DNA from: a virus
Taxonomy: Duplodnaviria; Caudoviricetes
Virus record (IMG/VR): IMGVR_UViG_3300021335_000020
Coordinates: 1 to 55,022 of that record
Length of the DNA stretch: 55,022 nucleotides
Strand: one strand, 5' to 3'
Shown: piece after piece, positions 47,097 to 55,022 of the stretch
Layout: each line of letters opens with the position of its first letter
Position numbering within the stretch: position 1 is the stretch's first letter
Position numbers and translations under genes: made by a program
The notes under the pieces: model-generated
The model's input: the letters and a program-made list of their open reading frames with translations, nothing else
Databases searched by the model: none
What the model was told of the DNA's origin: nothing

Positions 47097-47660
47097 GTGG
47101 CAGAACTAACAGACAACTTTAATTACCTACAGCCTACTTCGTTTAAGATCAGTTTAGATAGAAAAAACTATCCAAACTTAGAATTCTTTTGTCAAAGTTT
47201 TGTGCATCCTGGTATGATGCTTAATGCAGTAGAAGTTCCTTATAAGAAATTACAAAATGTTCCATTTGTTGGAGATAAGTTAACCTTTAACGAATTGCAA
47301 GCAAATATTCTACTAGACGAGAATATGAAGTCATATGATGAAATGTATTCTTGGATGCGTAGAATATTAGATCAAGTAGAAGTACCTTCATATCAAGCTG
47401 GTATTATACCACCAACCACAGCAGATATGACTTTAACTATATTGTCTAGTCATAATAATAAAACTAAACAAGTAAGATATATAGATTGTATTCCAACAGC
47501 TCTTACTGACATTCAATTTGAATCAACTGCTGGCGGAGAAACATTTATTACTTTTGGAGCTTCATTTAGGTTTTCTTATTTTGAGTTGGTAGGAGCGACG
47601 TACACGACTAACGTAGATGGCAGTCCGTCTATCTCAGTACTTAAGAATTTGGCAGGATAA
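47097..47660 (+). CDS. gp3: Tail tube terminator gp3
   Basis: 'NYLQPTSF', 'EFFCQ...PG', 'GDKLTF..L....LDENM..Y'; GTG start after AGGA. Confidence 0.85.
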   Translation: MAELTDNFNYLQPTSFKISLDRKNYPNLEFFCQSFVHPGMMLNAVEVPYKKLQNVPFVGDKLTFNELQANILLDENMKSYDEMYSWMRRILDQVEVPSYQAGIIPPTTADMTLTILSSHNNKTKQVRYIDCIPTALTDIQFESTAGGETFITFGASFRFSYFELVGATYTTNVDGSPSISVLKNLAG

Positions 47661-47684
47661 ATAACATTATATTATGGAGTAATT

Positions 47685-48131
47685 ATGATTGATTTGAAAA
47701 GCATCCACGAAATGTGGGCTAAAGACTGTGTTATTGATGATAGTAAATTAGATGAATCCTCTCGGCAAGCACCAATGTTGCATGCTAAATATCTAGAAAT
47801 TTTATCAACCTATAAGCTTCAACTCAAAAAATCAGAGTTTGAGCAAAAGAAACTATTGAAACAAAAATGGCTGTATTATAATGGTAAGATGGATCAAGAA
47901 ACCGTTGAGACCCTTGGTTGGGAGGCTGATCCTTTTAACGGTCTCAAAATACTTAAAGGTGAGTTGGATTATTATTATGATTCAGATCCAGAAATTCAAG
48001 AGTCAGAATTAAGAATTCAGTACTATAAAAACGTTATAGATACAGTAACAGAGATAATCAATAACGTTACTTGGCGACATCAGACAATTGGAAATATGAT
48101 TAAGTGGAAACAATTCGAGTCAGGAAATTAA
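47685..48131 (+). CDS. uvsY: Recombination mediator UvsY
   Basis: 'W.KD..ID...LD', 'LHAKYL', 'YYNGK', 'I.NMIKW..F..G'; GATAAATA at 47656-47663 upstream. Confidence 0.9.
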   Translation: MIDLKSIHEMWAKDCVIDDSKLDESSRQAPMLHAKYLEILSTYKLQLKKSEFEQKKLLKQKWLYYNGKMDQETVETLGWEADPFNGLKILKGELDYYYDSDPEIQESELRIQYYKNVIDTVTEIINNVTWRHQTIGNMIKWKQFESGN

Positions 48132-49576
48132 GTCACGCCAATTTATGGATTAATTGCGACAGTGGTACTGCTCAGGAAATAAACGAGTTTTTTTCGTTCT
48201 ATGTTCCTGGTTATAAATTTATGCCAGCATATCGTAATCGTTTATGGGATGGCAAAATACGGCTTTTTAATATTATGACCGGAGAATTGCCTGCGGGTCT
48301 AATATACCACTTAAAAGAATTTGCAAGAGATAGACAGTATCTTATTGAGACTGAATCATCTTCTTATGGAGATCCATACGAAAAGAATGAAATCAGCCCT
48401 CAGGCACTGCTGGACTTCGTTGAGTGTATATCCTTACCCTTTCCGATGCGAGACTATCAGTTTGACTGTGTAGGTGAAGCTATCACCAGAAAAAGAGCAA
48501 TTCTTTTATCTCCGACAGGATCCGGGAAAAGTCTTATCATATATGCTCTCCTGAGATGGTATTTAGAAAATTATTCTAACAATATATTGATCATTGTCCC
48601 AACTACATCACTAGTAGAACAGATGTTTAATGATTTTAAAGAATATGGCTATGATTCAGATAATCTAGTACACAGAATATATTCAGGTAAAGATAAAAAT
48701 ACGGATAAAAGAATTATCATTAGTACATGGCAATCTATATACAAGTTACCTAAAGTATGGTTTAAGCAATTCGGGGCTGTATTCGGTGATGAGTGTCATG
48801 GATTCAAATCAAAATCACTTATGTCTATTATGAATAAAGCTGATGAAGCGGAGTATAGATATGGCACAACAGGTACCCTTGACGGGGCTCAAACACATGA
48901 GTTGGTCTTACAAGGTTTATTCGGTAGAACTTATAAGGTCACCACAACAAAAGCATTACAAGACAATAATACTCTCGCCAAACTCAACATTAAACGAATC
49001 GTACTTAACTATGCAGAGAAAGTACGTAAAGAGTTTGGTAAGAGAACATATCAGGATGAGATCGAGCACATCGTATCACATGTGGGCCGGAATAAATTCA
49101 TTCGGAACTTAGCGCTTGATCAAAAAGGGAATACATTAGTCTTATATAACTACGTTGAAAAACATGGTAAACCTTTATTTAATTTAATAGAAGAAAGAGT
49201 GCAAGAAAATCGCAAAGTATTTTTTGTATCTGGTGGAACAGATACATCGGATCGTGAAGCTATTCGAAGTATTGTTGAAAAGCAAAATGACGCGATCATT
49301 GTGGCTTCTCTTGGTACTTTTTCTACTGGCATTAATATTAGAAATTTACACAATATCATTTTTGCTTCTCCCTCAAAATCACAAATACGAGTATTGCAAA
49401 GTATTGGTAGAGGATTGCGAAAAAGTGATAACAACAGAGAAACTAACCTATATGACATTATAGATAATATTAGTTGGAAGAACAGAATTAATTTTGCTCT
49501 TGTCCATTCCGAAGAACGCTTAAAAATATATAATACAGAAAAATTCATTCATAAAACCTATAAGGTAGAAATATGA
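48104..49576 (+). CDS. uvsW: SF2 helicase UvsW
   Basis: SPTGSGKS, DECH, 'TTGT', 'QSIGRGLR'. Confidence 0.95.
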   Translation: METIRVRKLSHANLWINCDSGTAQEINEFFSFYVPGYKFMPAYRNRLWDGKIRLFNIMTGELPAGLIYHLKEFARDRQYLIETESSSYGDPYEKNEISPQALLDFVECISLPFPMRDYQFDCVGEAITRKRAILLSPTGSGKSLIIYALLRWYLENYSNNILIIVPTTSLVEQMFNDFKEYGYDSDNLVHRIYSGKDKNTDKRIIISTWQSIYKLPKVWFKQFGAVFGDECHGFKSKSLMSIMNKADEAEYRYGTTGTLDGAQTHELVLQGLFGRTYKVTTTKALQDNNTLAKLNIKRIVLNYAEKVRKEFGKRTYQDEIEHIVSHVGRNKFIRNLALDQKGNTLVLYNYVEKHGKPLFNLIEERVQENRKVFFVSGGTDTSDREAIRSIVEKQNDAIIVASLGTFSTGINIRNLHNIIFASPSKSQIRVLQSIGRGLRKSDNNRETNLYDIIDNISWKNRINFALVHSEERLKIYNTEKFIHKTYKVEI

Positions 49577-50049
49577 CAGGCGAAATAAAGCAGTTTAAAC
49601 TCACAAATGACGATGAAATTATCTGTGAAGTTGTTGAATGGGATGACGATGATTCGTCTAGTATCATTGTGAGACGGGCACTTAAAATTATTAATGTCGA
49701 AGATTTTGCCAAAGGTGTTAGATTCTTTGCCTTTAGACCATGGATGTTATTTAATGATAATCCGGATGAATTACAAACTATTAATTCGGGTCATATTATC
49801 GGTGAAATGAATCCCGCTGATAAAGTAATTCATAAATATATGACTAGCGTATTAGCATTATCAAATGATGTAAATAAGAAAGATTTCCCTCTTGATGAAG
49901 TTGCAAAAGCTGCTGAAGTCTTAGATGAAGACGAATTTGATGAATACATGCACTCGTTAAGTTTAGATGAAGAAATTACATACGATGATTCTGATGGCCC
50001 TTTCTCAGATGGTGACAATATTGTTAAATTCAGACCTAAGATGCATTAA
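49573..50049 (+). CDS. Hypothetical protein (possible Sm-like barrel with acidic tail)
   Basis: 'FKLTNDDEIICEV...RPWM'; ATGA coupling to uvsW; the fold call is inference. Confidence 0.65.
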   Translation: MTGEIKQFKLTNDDEIICEVVEWDDDDSSSIIVRRALKIINVEDFAKGVRFFAFRPWMLFNDNPDELQTINSGHIIGEMNPADKVIHKYMTSVLALSNDVNKKDFPLDEVAKAAEVLDEDEFDEYMHSLSLDEEITYDDSDGPFSDGDNIVKFRPKMH

Positions 50050-50087
50050 AAAATTTGTATACTACCCTCTTCAAAAAACCATAATTT

Positions 50088-50116
50088 ATTATATACTGTT
50101 TGGCAGAAAAGTACAC
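50088..50116 (-). promoter_or_regulatory. Antisense sigma70-type promoter candidate
   Basis: Minus strand gTGTACT-N16-TATAAT. Confidence 0.5.
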
Positions 50117-50150
50117 TGTTAATTTTTCCCCTTAGAGCTTTTTAATTTAG

Positions 50151-50179
50151 TGTACTTTTCTACTAATTTATTGTATAAT
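50151..50179 (+). promoter_or_regulatory. Sigma70-type early/middle promoter of gp55
   Basis: TGTACT-N17-TATAAT. Confidence 0.75.
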
Positions 50180-50201
50180 ATACATAATGAAAGGAAGCGT
50201 T

Positions 50202-50795
50202 ATGGCTCGACAAAAAAAACAAAGTATACATTACGTAAACAACGCTGAGTTTTCTCAGGCTGTAGTTGACTATGTTACTGTAGTTAATGAATGTCAAAAA
50301 AATAATACAGAAATTCCTAAAGTACCAGATTATATAGCTCAGTGTTTTCTTCGGATCTCTGAAGGTTTGTCTCACAAATCTAATTTTATTCGCTATACAT
50401 ACCGCGAAGAAATGGTAATGGATGCTGTAGAAAATTGTTTGAAGGCCATTCTTAATTATAACCTAGAAGCAGCAACACGAACTGGCAAACCCAATGCATT
50501 CGCATATTTTACTCAAATTACGTGGTATGCATTTTTACGTAGGATTGCAAAAGAAAAAAAACAACAAGATATCAAGATGAAATATCTAACTAAATCAGGT
50601 ATTGAAAACTTTGTTGATAACGAACATGGAGACGATATGACAAACCAAGTAGTTGGTGCATTTGTTGATAATCTTCGTGATAGAATTGAAAAAGTAAAAC
50701 TTCAAGACTTTGAAGTAAAAGAATATGTAAAAGAAGAGAAGAAGAAAAGAAAAGCTAGATCAGTAGATTCAGACTTAGGTGAGTTCTTAAAATGA
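50202..50795 (+). CDS. gp55: Late transcription sigma factor gp55
   Basis: 'HYVNN..F', 'NF..YTYREEMVMDAVENC', 'NAFAYFTQI...AF.RRI.KEK'; ATG 50202 follows AAGGA. Confidence 0.95.
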   Translation: MARQKKQSIHYVNNAEFSQAVVDYVTVVNECQKNNTEIPKVPDYIAQCFLRISEGLSHKSNFIRYTYREEMVMDAVENCLKAILNYNLEAATRTGKPNAFAYFTQITWYAFLRRIAKEKKQQDIKMKYLTKSGIENFVDNEHGDDMTNQVVGAFVDNLRDRIEKVKLQDFEVKEYVKEEKKKRKARSVDSDLGEFLK

Positions 50796-50977
50796 AAGTA
50801 TATACAACAACATTGATGGAAGATGGCGAAGACGTGGTCTTTAATTTTCCGGATGAAATATTGTCCGACCTTAAACTTGAAGTGGGTGACACAGTTGAAT
50901 GGGTTATTCACGAAGAATATGTTATTATGAAAAAGGTGGAGCAAGGTCTAGATGCCCAAATTAGCGATTCTGAATGA
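50792..50977 (+). CDS. AbrB/MazE/SpoVT-like small DNA-binding protein
   Basis: 'FPDEILSDLKLEVGDTVEW' swapped-hairpin signature. Confidence 0.65.
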   Translation: MKVYTTTLMEDGEDVVFNFPDEILSDLKLEVGDTVEWVIHEEYVIMKKVEQGLDAQISDSE

Positions 50978-52016
50978 CACACACTGTGGTATTCGAAATT
51001 CATCAGAAATATTTTTAAATAATTCAAGAGACTTTTACGATAAAATTTTCTTTCCAGAATGTGAAAGGCAAGGCATTGAGCAAATAGTACACTTAGGTGA
51101 TTATTATGATCATCGTAAGTTTGTAAACTTTAAAGCTCTAAACCATAATCGTAAACATTTTCTAAATGAATTAAGAAAACGTGGCATGAGAATGGATATT
51201 ATTCCTGGTAATCATGATACGTACTTTAAAAATACTAACGAATTAAACTCTCTTAAAGAATGTCTAGGTCATTATATGAACGAGATTCATATAATAATGG
51301 AGCCTACTGTAATGGAATATGGCTCACTAAAGCTAGCTTTACTTCCATGGATCTGTAATGATAATTACGAAAGATCGATGAATTTTATTCGTGATTGTAA
51401 AGCTGATTGGTTAGGTGCACATTTAGAATTAAGCGGGTTCGACATGATGAGAGGTGTACAAAGCCATGGTGGTATGGATCATAAACTATTTAATAAATTT
51501 GAATTAGTACTATCTGGCCATTTTCACACAGGATCTCGTAAAGACAATATTTGGTATCTCGGTAGTCAAATGGAATTTTTCTGGTCAGATGCCGGAGATA
51601 AAAAGTATTTTCATATTGTTGATACTGAAACTCGTGAAGTACAAAAAATACATAATCCTCACACTTTATTTGAAAAAATTGTGTACAATGACGAGGAAAT
51701 AGATTATAATAACTATGATGTTAGTAATTTAGATAAAAAATTTGTCAAAGTCGTAGTTGTAAATAAATCTGATACCTTCTTATTTGATCGTTTTATTGAT
51801 AGAATTCAGAATAGAGATATTCATGAATTAAAAATTGCCGAAAACTTTAATGAGTTTATAGGCGAAAACGTAGAAGATGAAGGACTAGCTTTTGATGATA
51901 CTAGTCAACTAGTCGATGACTATATTGAAAGCGTAGATACGGATTTGGATAAAGACAGAATTAAAGTCCAAATGCGGGAACTTATGACAGAGGCTCAAGC
52001 TCTGGAAATTGCATGA
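50952..52016 (+). CDS. gp47: Recombination endonuclease gp47 (Mre11/SbcD-like)
   Basis: DTH, LGD, GNHD and GHFH phosphoesterase motifs. Confidence 0.95.
   Translation: MPKLAILNDTHCGIRNSSEIFLNNSRDFYDKIFFPECERQGIEQIVHLGDYYDHRKFVNFKALNHNRKHFLNELRKRGMRMDIIPGNHDTYFKNTNELNSLKECLGHYMNEIHIIMEPTVMEYGSLKLALLPWICNDNYERSMNFIRDCKADWLGAHLELSGFDMMRGVQSHGGMDHKLFNKFELVLSGHFHTGSRKDNIWYLGSQMEFFWSDAGDKKYFHIVDTETREVQKIHNPHTLFEKIVYNDEEIDYNNYDVSNLDKKFVKVVVVNKSDTFLFDRFIDRIQNRDIHELKIAENFNEFIGENVEDEGLAFDDTSQLVDDYIESVDTDLDKDRIKVQMRELMTEAQALEIA
51682..51710 (+). promoter_or_regulatory. Internal sigma70-type promoter for gp46
   Basis: TGTACA-N17-TATAAT with an upstream A-tract, inside gp47. Confidence 0.65.
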
Positions 52017-53722
52017 TTCAATTTAAAAAAATTCGTTATAAAAATTTTCTGTCAACCGGTAATACGTTTACAGAAATTGACCTCAACAGCTCTCAGTCTA
52101 CATTAGTTGTAGGACAAAACGGTGCTGGTAAATCTACTATGTTGGATGCCATTTCATTCGCTCTGTTTGGCAAGCCACACCGTAATATTAATAAGCCACA
52201 GCTGCTTAATAGTATTAATCAAAAGGCATGTGTTGTTGAGGTTGAATTTAGTATTGGGAAATCTGCTTTTAAAATTGTACGTGGATTAAAACCAAATCTT
52301 TTTGAGATTTGGAAAAATGACACGATGATCAATCAGTCTTCCCATGCTAAAGAATACCAAAAGATCCTCGAACAAAACATTTTGAAACTTAATCATAAAT
52401 CGTTTCATCAGGTAGTTGTATTGGGTTCCTCCTCTTTTATCCCATTTATGCAGTTGCCTACGGGCCACCGCCGTGATGTTATCGAGGATCTTTTGGATAT
52501 TAATGTTTTTTCAAAGATGAATACGTTATTGAAAGAAAAGAATAGTACACTTAAAGATTTAATTAAGGATATTACGTATAAGCTAGATCTATCTAAAAAT
52601 GCAATTGAAACTCATAATAAATATATTAGAGATGTTAAGGAGTTAACAAATGCAAACATATCAAAAAACAAACATGAAATACAATCAAGTAAAGAAGAGT
52701 CAGAAAAACTACAATCCGAAAACCAAAAACTCTCCTCCGCCATTGAAAAGTCGCAGGGTCCAGTCGAGAAAGAAATAAATTCTTTACACGATAAAAGACA
52801 ATCTTTATTGCATTACTCTGCACAATTTAAACAGCAGATGTCATCTGTAGTTAAAGATGCTAAGTTTTATGAAGACAATGAAAATTGTCCGACATGTTCA
52901 CAATCTATTAGCGAGCAGTTAAGAGAAGAAAAGCTTTTTACTGCTAAGACTAAAGCAAAAGAACTTACTTCCGCCATGGAAAAAATTCAAGCGGAATCTA
53001 TTTCTGTTGAAACTAATTTAGAAAATGCTAATGAATCTCTAAATGATATAAGAGAAAAACAATCTGCAATTCATCTAAATAACCAGCAAATTACTAGACT
53101 ACAAGAACGTATTCGTAAATTAGATGAAGAAAATACGGGTTCTGCCGTAGCTGATTTAGATAAAGCAAAAGAAGAATTAGAAATATTGGTAACTGAAAAA
53201 GATAATTTACTAGAAGAAAAGCTTAAACTTTCTGATCAATATTCCTATAATAGTGTTATAACTGAAATGTTAAAAGACACTGGCATTAAAACAAAAATTA
53301 TTAAACAATATTTGCCTGTGATAAATAAACTTGTTAATCAATATTTACAAGTTCTTGACTTCTTTGTACACTTTGATTTAGACGAAAGCTTTCAAGAAAC
53401 AATTAGATCTCGTCACCGCGATGAGTTTACATATGACTCATTTTCTGAAGGAGAAAAGCAAAGAATTGATTTGGCTCTTTTGTTTACGTGGAGACAAATT
53501 GCCAAAATGAAAAATTCAGTAGCTACTAATCTATTGCTTCTTGATGAAACGTTTGATTCTTCTCTAGATCATGATGGAGTTGAAAATCTCTTAAAGATCT
53601 TAAATACTTTAGGCAGTGATACCAATATATTTGTTATCTCACATAAAGGTGAAATCTTAGATGGAAAATTTAATTCTAAGATCGAATTTATTAAAGAAAA
53701 AAACTTTAGTAAAATCAAATAA
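52013..53722 (+). CDS. gp46: Recombination ATPase gp46 (Rad50/SbcC-like)
   Basis: GQNGAGKS, zinc hook CPTC, signature FSEGEK, LLLDE, SH. Confidence 0.96.
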   Translation: MIQFKKIRYKNFLSTGNTFTEIDLNSSQSTLVVGQNGAGKSTMLDAISFALFGKPHRNINKPQLLNSINQKACVVEVEFSIGKSAFKIVRGLKPNLFEIWKNDTMINQSSHAKEYQKILEQNILKLNHKSFHQVVVLGSSSFIPFMQLPTGHRRDVIEDLLDINVFSKMNTLLKEKNSTLKDLIKDITYKLDLSKNAIETHNKYIRDVKELTNANISKNKHEIQSSKEESEKLQSENQKLSSAIEKSQGPVEKEINSLHDKRQSLLHYSAQFKQQMSSVVKDAKFYEDNENCPTCSQSISEQLREEKLFTAKTKAKELTSAMEKIQAESISVETNLENANESLNDIREKQSAIHLNNQQITRLQERIRKLDEENTGSAVADLDKAKEELEILVTEKDNLLEEKLKLSDQYSYNSVITEMLKDTGIKTKIIKQYLPVINKLVNQYLQVLDFFVHFDLDESFQETIRSRHRDEFTYDSFSEGEKQRIDLALLFTWRQIAKMKNSVATNLLLLDETFDSSLDHDGVENLLKILNTLGSDTNIFVISHKGEILDGKFNSKIEFIKEKNFSKIK

Positions 53723-53727
53723 AACTG

Positions 53728-53756
53728 TGTACATTTCTATGGAACTGTATTATAAT
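53728..53756 (+). promoter_or_regulatory. Sigma70-type promoter of gp45
   Basis: TGTACA-N17-TATAAT. Confidence 0.78.
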
Positions 53757-53785
53757 ATACTAATAATGAAACATGGAGTTATGTT

Positions 53786-54463
53786 ATGGAATTAAGTGAC
53801 GGTACTCTTCAAGTCCTTAAGAATTTTTCTGGTATTAATCAGAATATTCTTATTAACCAAGGTCAAAGCTTGAAGACAATTAGTGAAGCTAGAAACGTAT
53901 TAGCTCGTGCTAATATTACTGAAGAATTTACAAAGAAATTTGGGATTTATGATCTCAATGAATTTATTGGTGTATTATCATTGGTAGATACTCCTCGTCT
54001 TAAATTTGATGATGAGCATGTTACCGTTGGTGATTCAACTGGTAGATCAAAAGTCAAATACTTCTTCTCTTCTGAAGATACTTTGACAACCCCACAAAAA
54101 GACATTACTATGCCTGAAGCAGATCTAAAGTTTGTGCTTGATAATGATACATTAAATAAGCTTAAGCGTGCTGCATCTACTCTCGGTCATAATGAACTAT
54201 CTATTTCTGGTAAAGATGGTATCTTAAGTCTTTCTGTGGTTGATAGCCAGAACTACACCTCAAACTCGTATTCAATCGATATTGATGGTGACTTTAAGGA
54301 GGATGCTGTTTTTAACTTTATCCTAAATATTGGAAATCTTAAGATCCTGCCTGGCGATTATGATGTTGAGATTTCTTCCAAACTAATCACGCAATTCAAA
54401 AACAAAGACATCGATGTCACTTACTGGATTGCACTTGAAAAGACGTCTAAATTTGGAGTTTAA
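53786..54463 (+). CDS. gp45: Sliding clamp gp45
   Basis: 'LKNFSGINQ', 'FGIYDLNEF', 'NLKILPGDY', 'YWIALE'. Confidence 0.95.
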   Translation: MELSDGTLQVLKNFSGINQNILINQGQSLKTISEARNVLARANITEEFTKKFGIYDLNEFIGVLSLVDTPRLKFDDEHVTVGDSTGRSKVKYFFSSEDTLTTPQKDITMPEADLKFVLDNDTLNKLKRAASTLGHNELSISGKDGILSLSVVDSQNYTSNSYSIDIDGDFKEDAVFNFILNIGNLKILPGDYDVEISSKLITQFKNKDIDVTYWIALEKTSKFGV

Positions 54464-54465
54464 AA

Positions 54466-54714
54466 ATGTCTGAAAATGTAGAACAATTGCAAGAACTTGC
54501 AAATCGTAGTAGCCGCTCAATGGTTGCTGTTATTGATGCTGTCACTCAACGTGGTGGTTTCAAAGGTGAAGAGCTTTCGACTATCGGTCAACTTCGCGAC
54601 CAATGTATTCAAGTTATCCAGCTCTGTGAGCAGATGACTCAAGATAATGCAATGGAAGTTGATGATGAAGTTAATGTTGAAGTTGCAATGGATGAGGATG
54701 CAGCTGCAGAATAA
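54466..54714 (+). CDS. Hypothetical protein (82 aa)
   Basis: GGAG ribosome-binding site; helical 'IDAVTQRGGFKGEELSTIG.LR'. Confidence 0.7.
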   Translation: MSENVEQLQELANRSSRSMVAVIDAVTQRGGFKGEELSTIGQLRDQCIQVIQLCEQMTQDNAMEVDDEVNVEVAMDEDAAAE

Positions 54715-54715
54715 G

Positions 54716-54744
54716 TTTACAAACTCGTGAATTTGTGATATAAT
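54716..54744 (+). promoter_or_regulatory. Sigma70-type promoter of gp44
   Basis: gTTTACA-N17-TATAAT, similar to the T4 early consensus. Confidence 0.78.
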
Positions 54745-54768
54745 TATTTTTTGTTATGGAGTTTGTAA

Positions 54769-55022
54769 ATGAATGATTTTCTCTGGGTCGAGAAGTACCG
54801 TCCTCGTACTGTTTCTCAGACTACTTTACCTGTAGGTCTGAAGCAAACATTCCAGAGTCTAGTTGATACCGGTGAATTGCCTAATATGCTTTTCACCGGT
54901 ACAGCCGGTCTTGGAAAAACCACAGTAGCTAAAGCTTTGTGTAATGAATTAGACCTCGATTACATTGTAATCAATGGTTCTGAAGAAGGCAATATTGATA
55001 CCCTTCGCGGTAAAATTAAACA
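54769..55022 (+). CDS. gp44: Clamp loader subunit gp44 (5' part; runs off the window)
   Basis: MNDFLWVEKYRP...Walker A GTAGLGKT. Confidence 0.93.
   Translation, partial: MNDFLWVEKYRPRTVSQTTLPVGLKQTFQSLVDTGELPNMLFTGTAGLGKTTVAKALCNELDLDYIVINGSEEGNIDTLRGKIK

Noticed and set aside
1-55022. Host assignment (cyanobacterium, SAR11, Bacteroidota) and tRNA genes
   Set aside because: No host-diagnostic auxiliary genes are in this window, the DS/Bacteroidota sequon resemblance is not evidence of host, and no cloverleaf fits the short intergenic gaps.

Overview
The window is a 55-kb segment of a T4-like myovirus genome with the gene order typical of aquatic T4-like phages. The host cannot be determined from this window. 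From left to right it contains: (i) the end of a virion gene block; (ii) an AT-rich, six-gene minus-strand cassette of modification enzymes (two glycosyltransferase-like proteins, a SAM methyltransferase, a kinase-like protein and two radical SAM enzymes); (iii) about 20 kb of repeat-rich fibre/adhesin genes; (iv) the core morphogenesis block gp13-gp20; (v) a ~7.2-kb accessory island between gp20 and gp67 (fibre-like proteins, a beta-propeller, a sulfotransferase, a tandem 2OG-Fe(II) oxygenase); (vi) gp67, gp21, gp22, gp23, gp3, uvsY, uvsW, gp55, gp47, gp46, gp45 and the start of gp44. Late promoters (TATAAATA) and sigma70-type promoters (T[G/T]TAC[A/T]-N17-TATAAT) are readable. The most striking unexplained signal is a strong enrichment of the Asp-Ser dipeptide across virion proteins. 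It is often arranged as a paired xDSAxxxxxIDSxYVxAR module in the fibres and also appears in non-core-looking stretches of gp14, gp15, gp18 and gp23. Together with the two enzyme cassettes, this suggests a phage-encoded, sequon-directed virion decoration (glycosylation-type) system; that link is inference. All calls come from motif recognition and synteny, all counts were made by hand, and no database search was run. I saw no tRNA, rRNA, CRISPR array, intron or intein.
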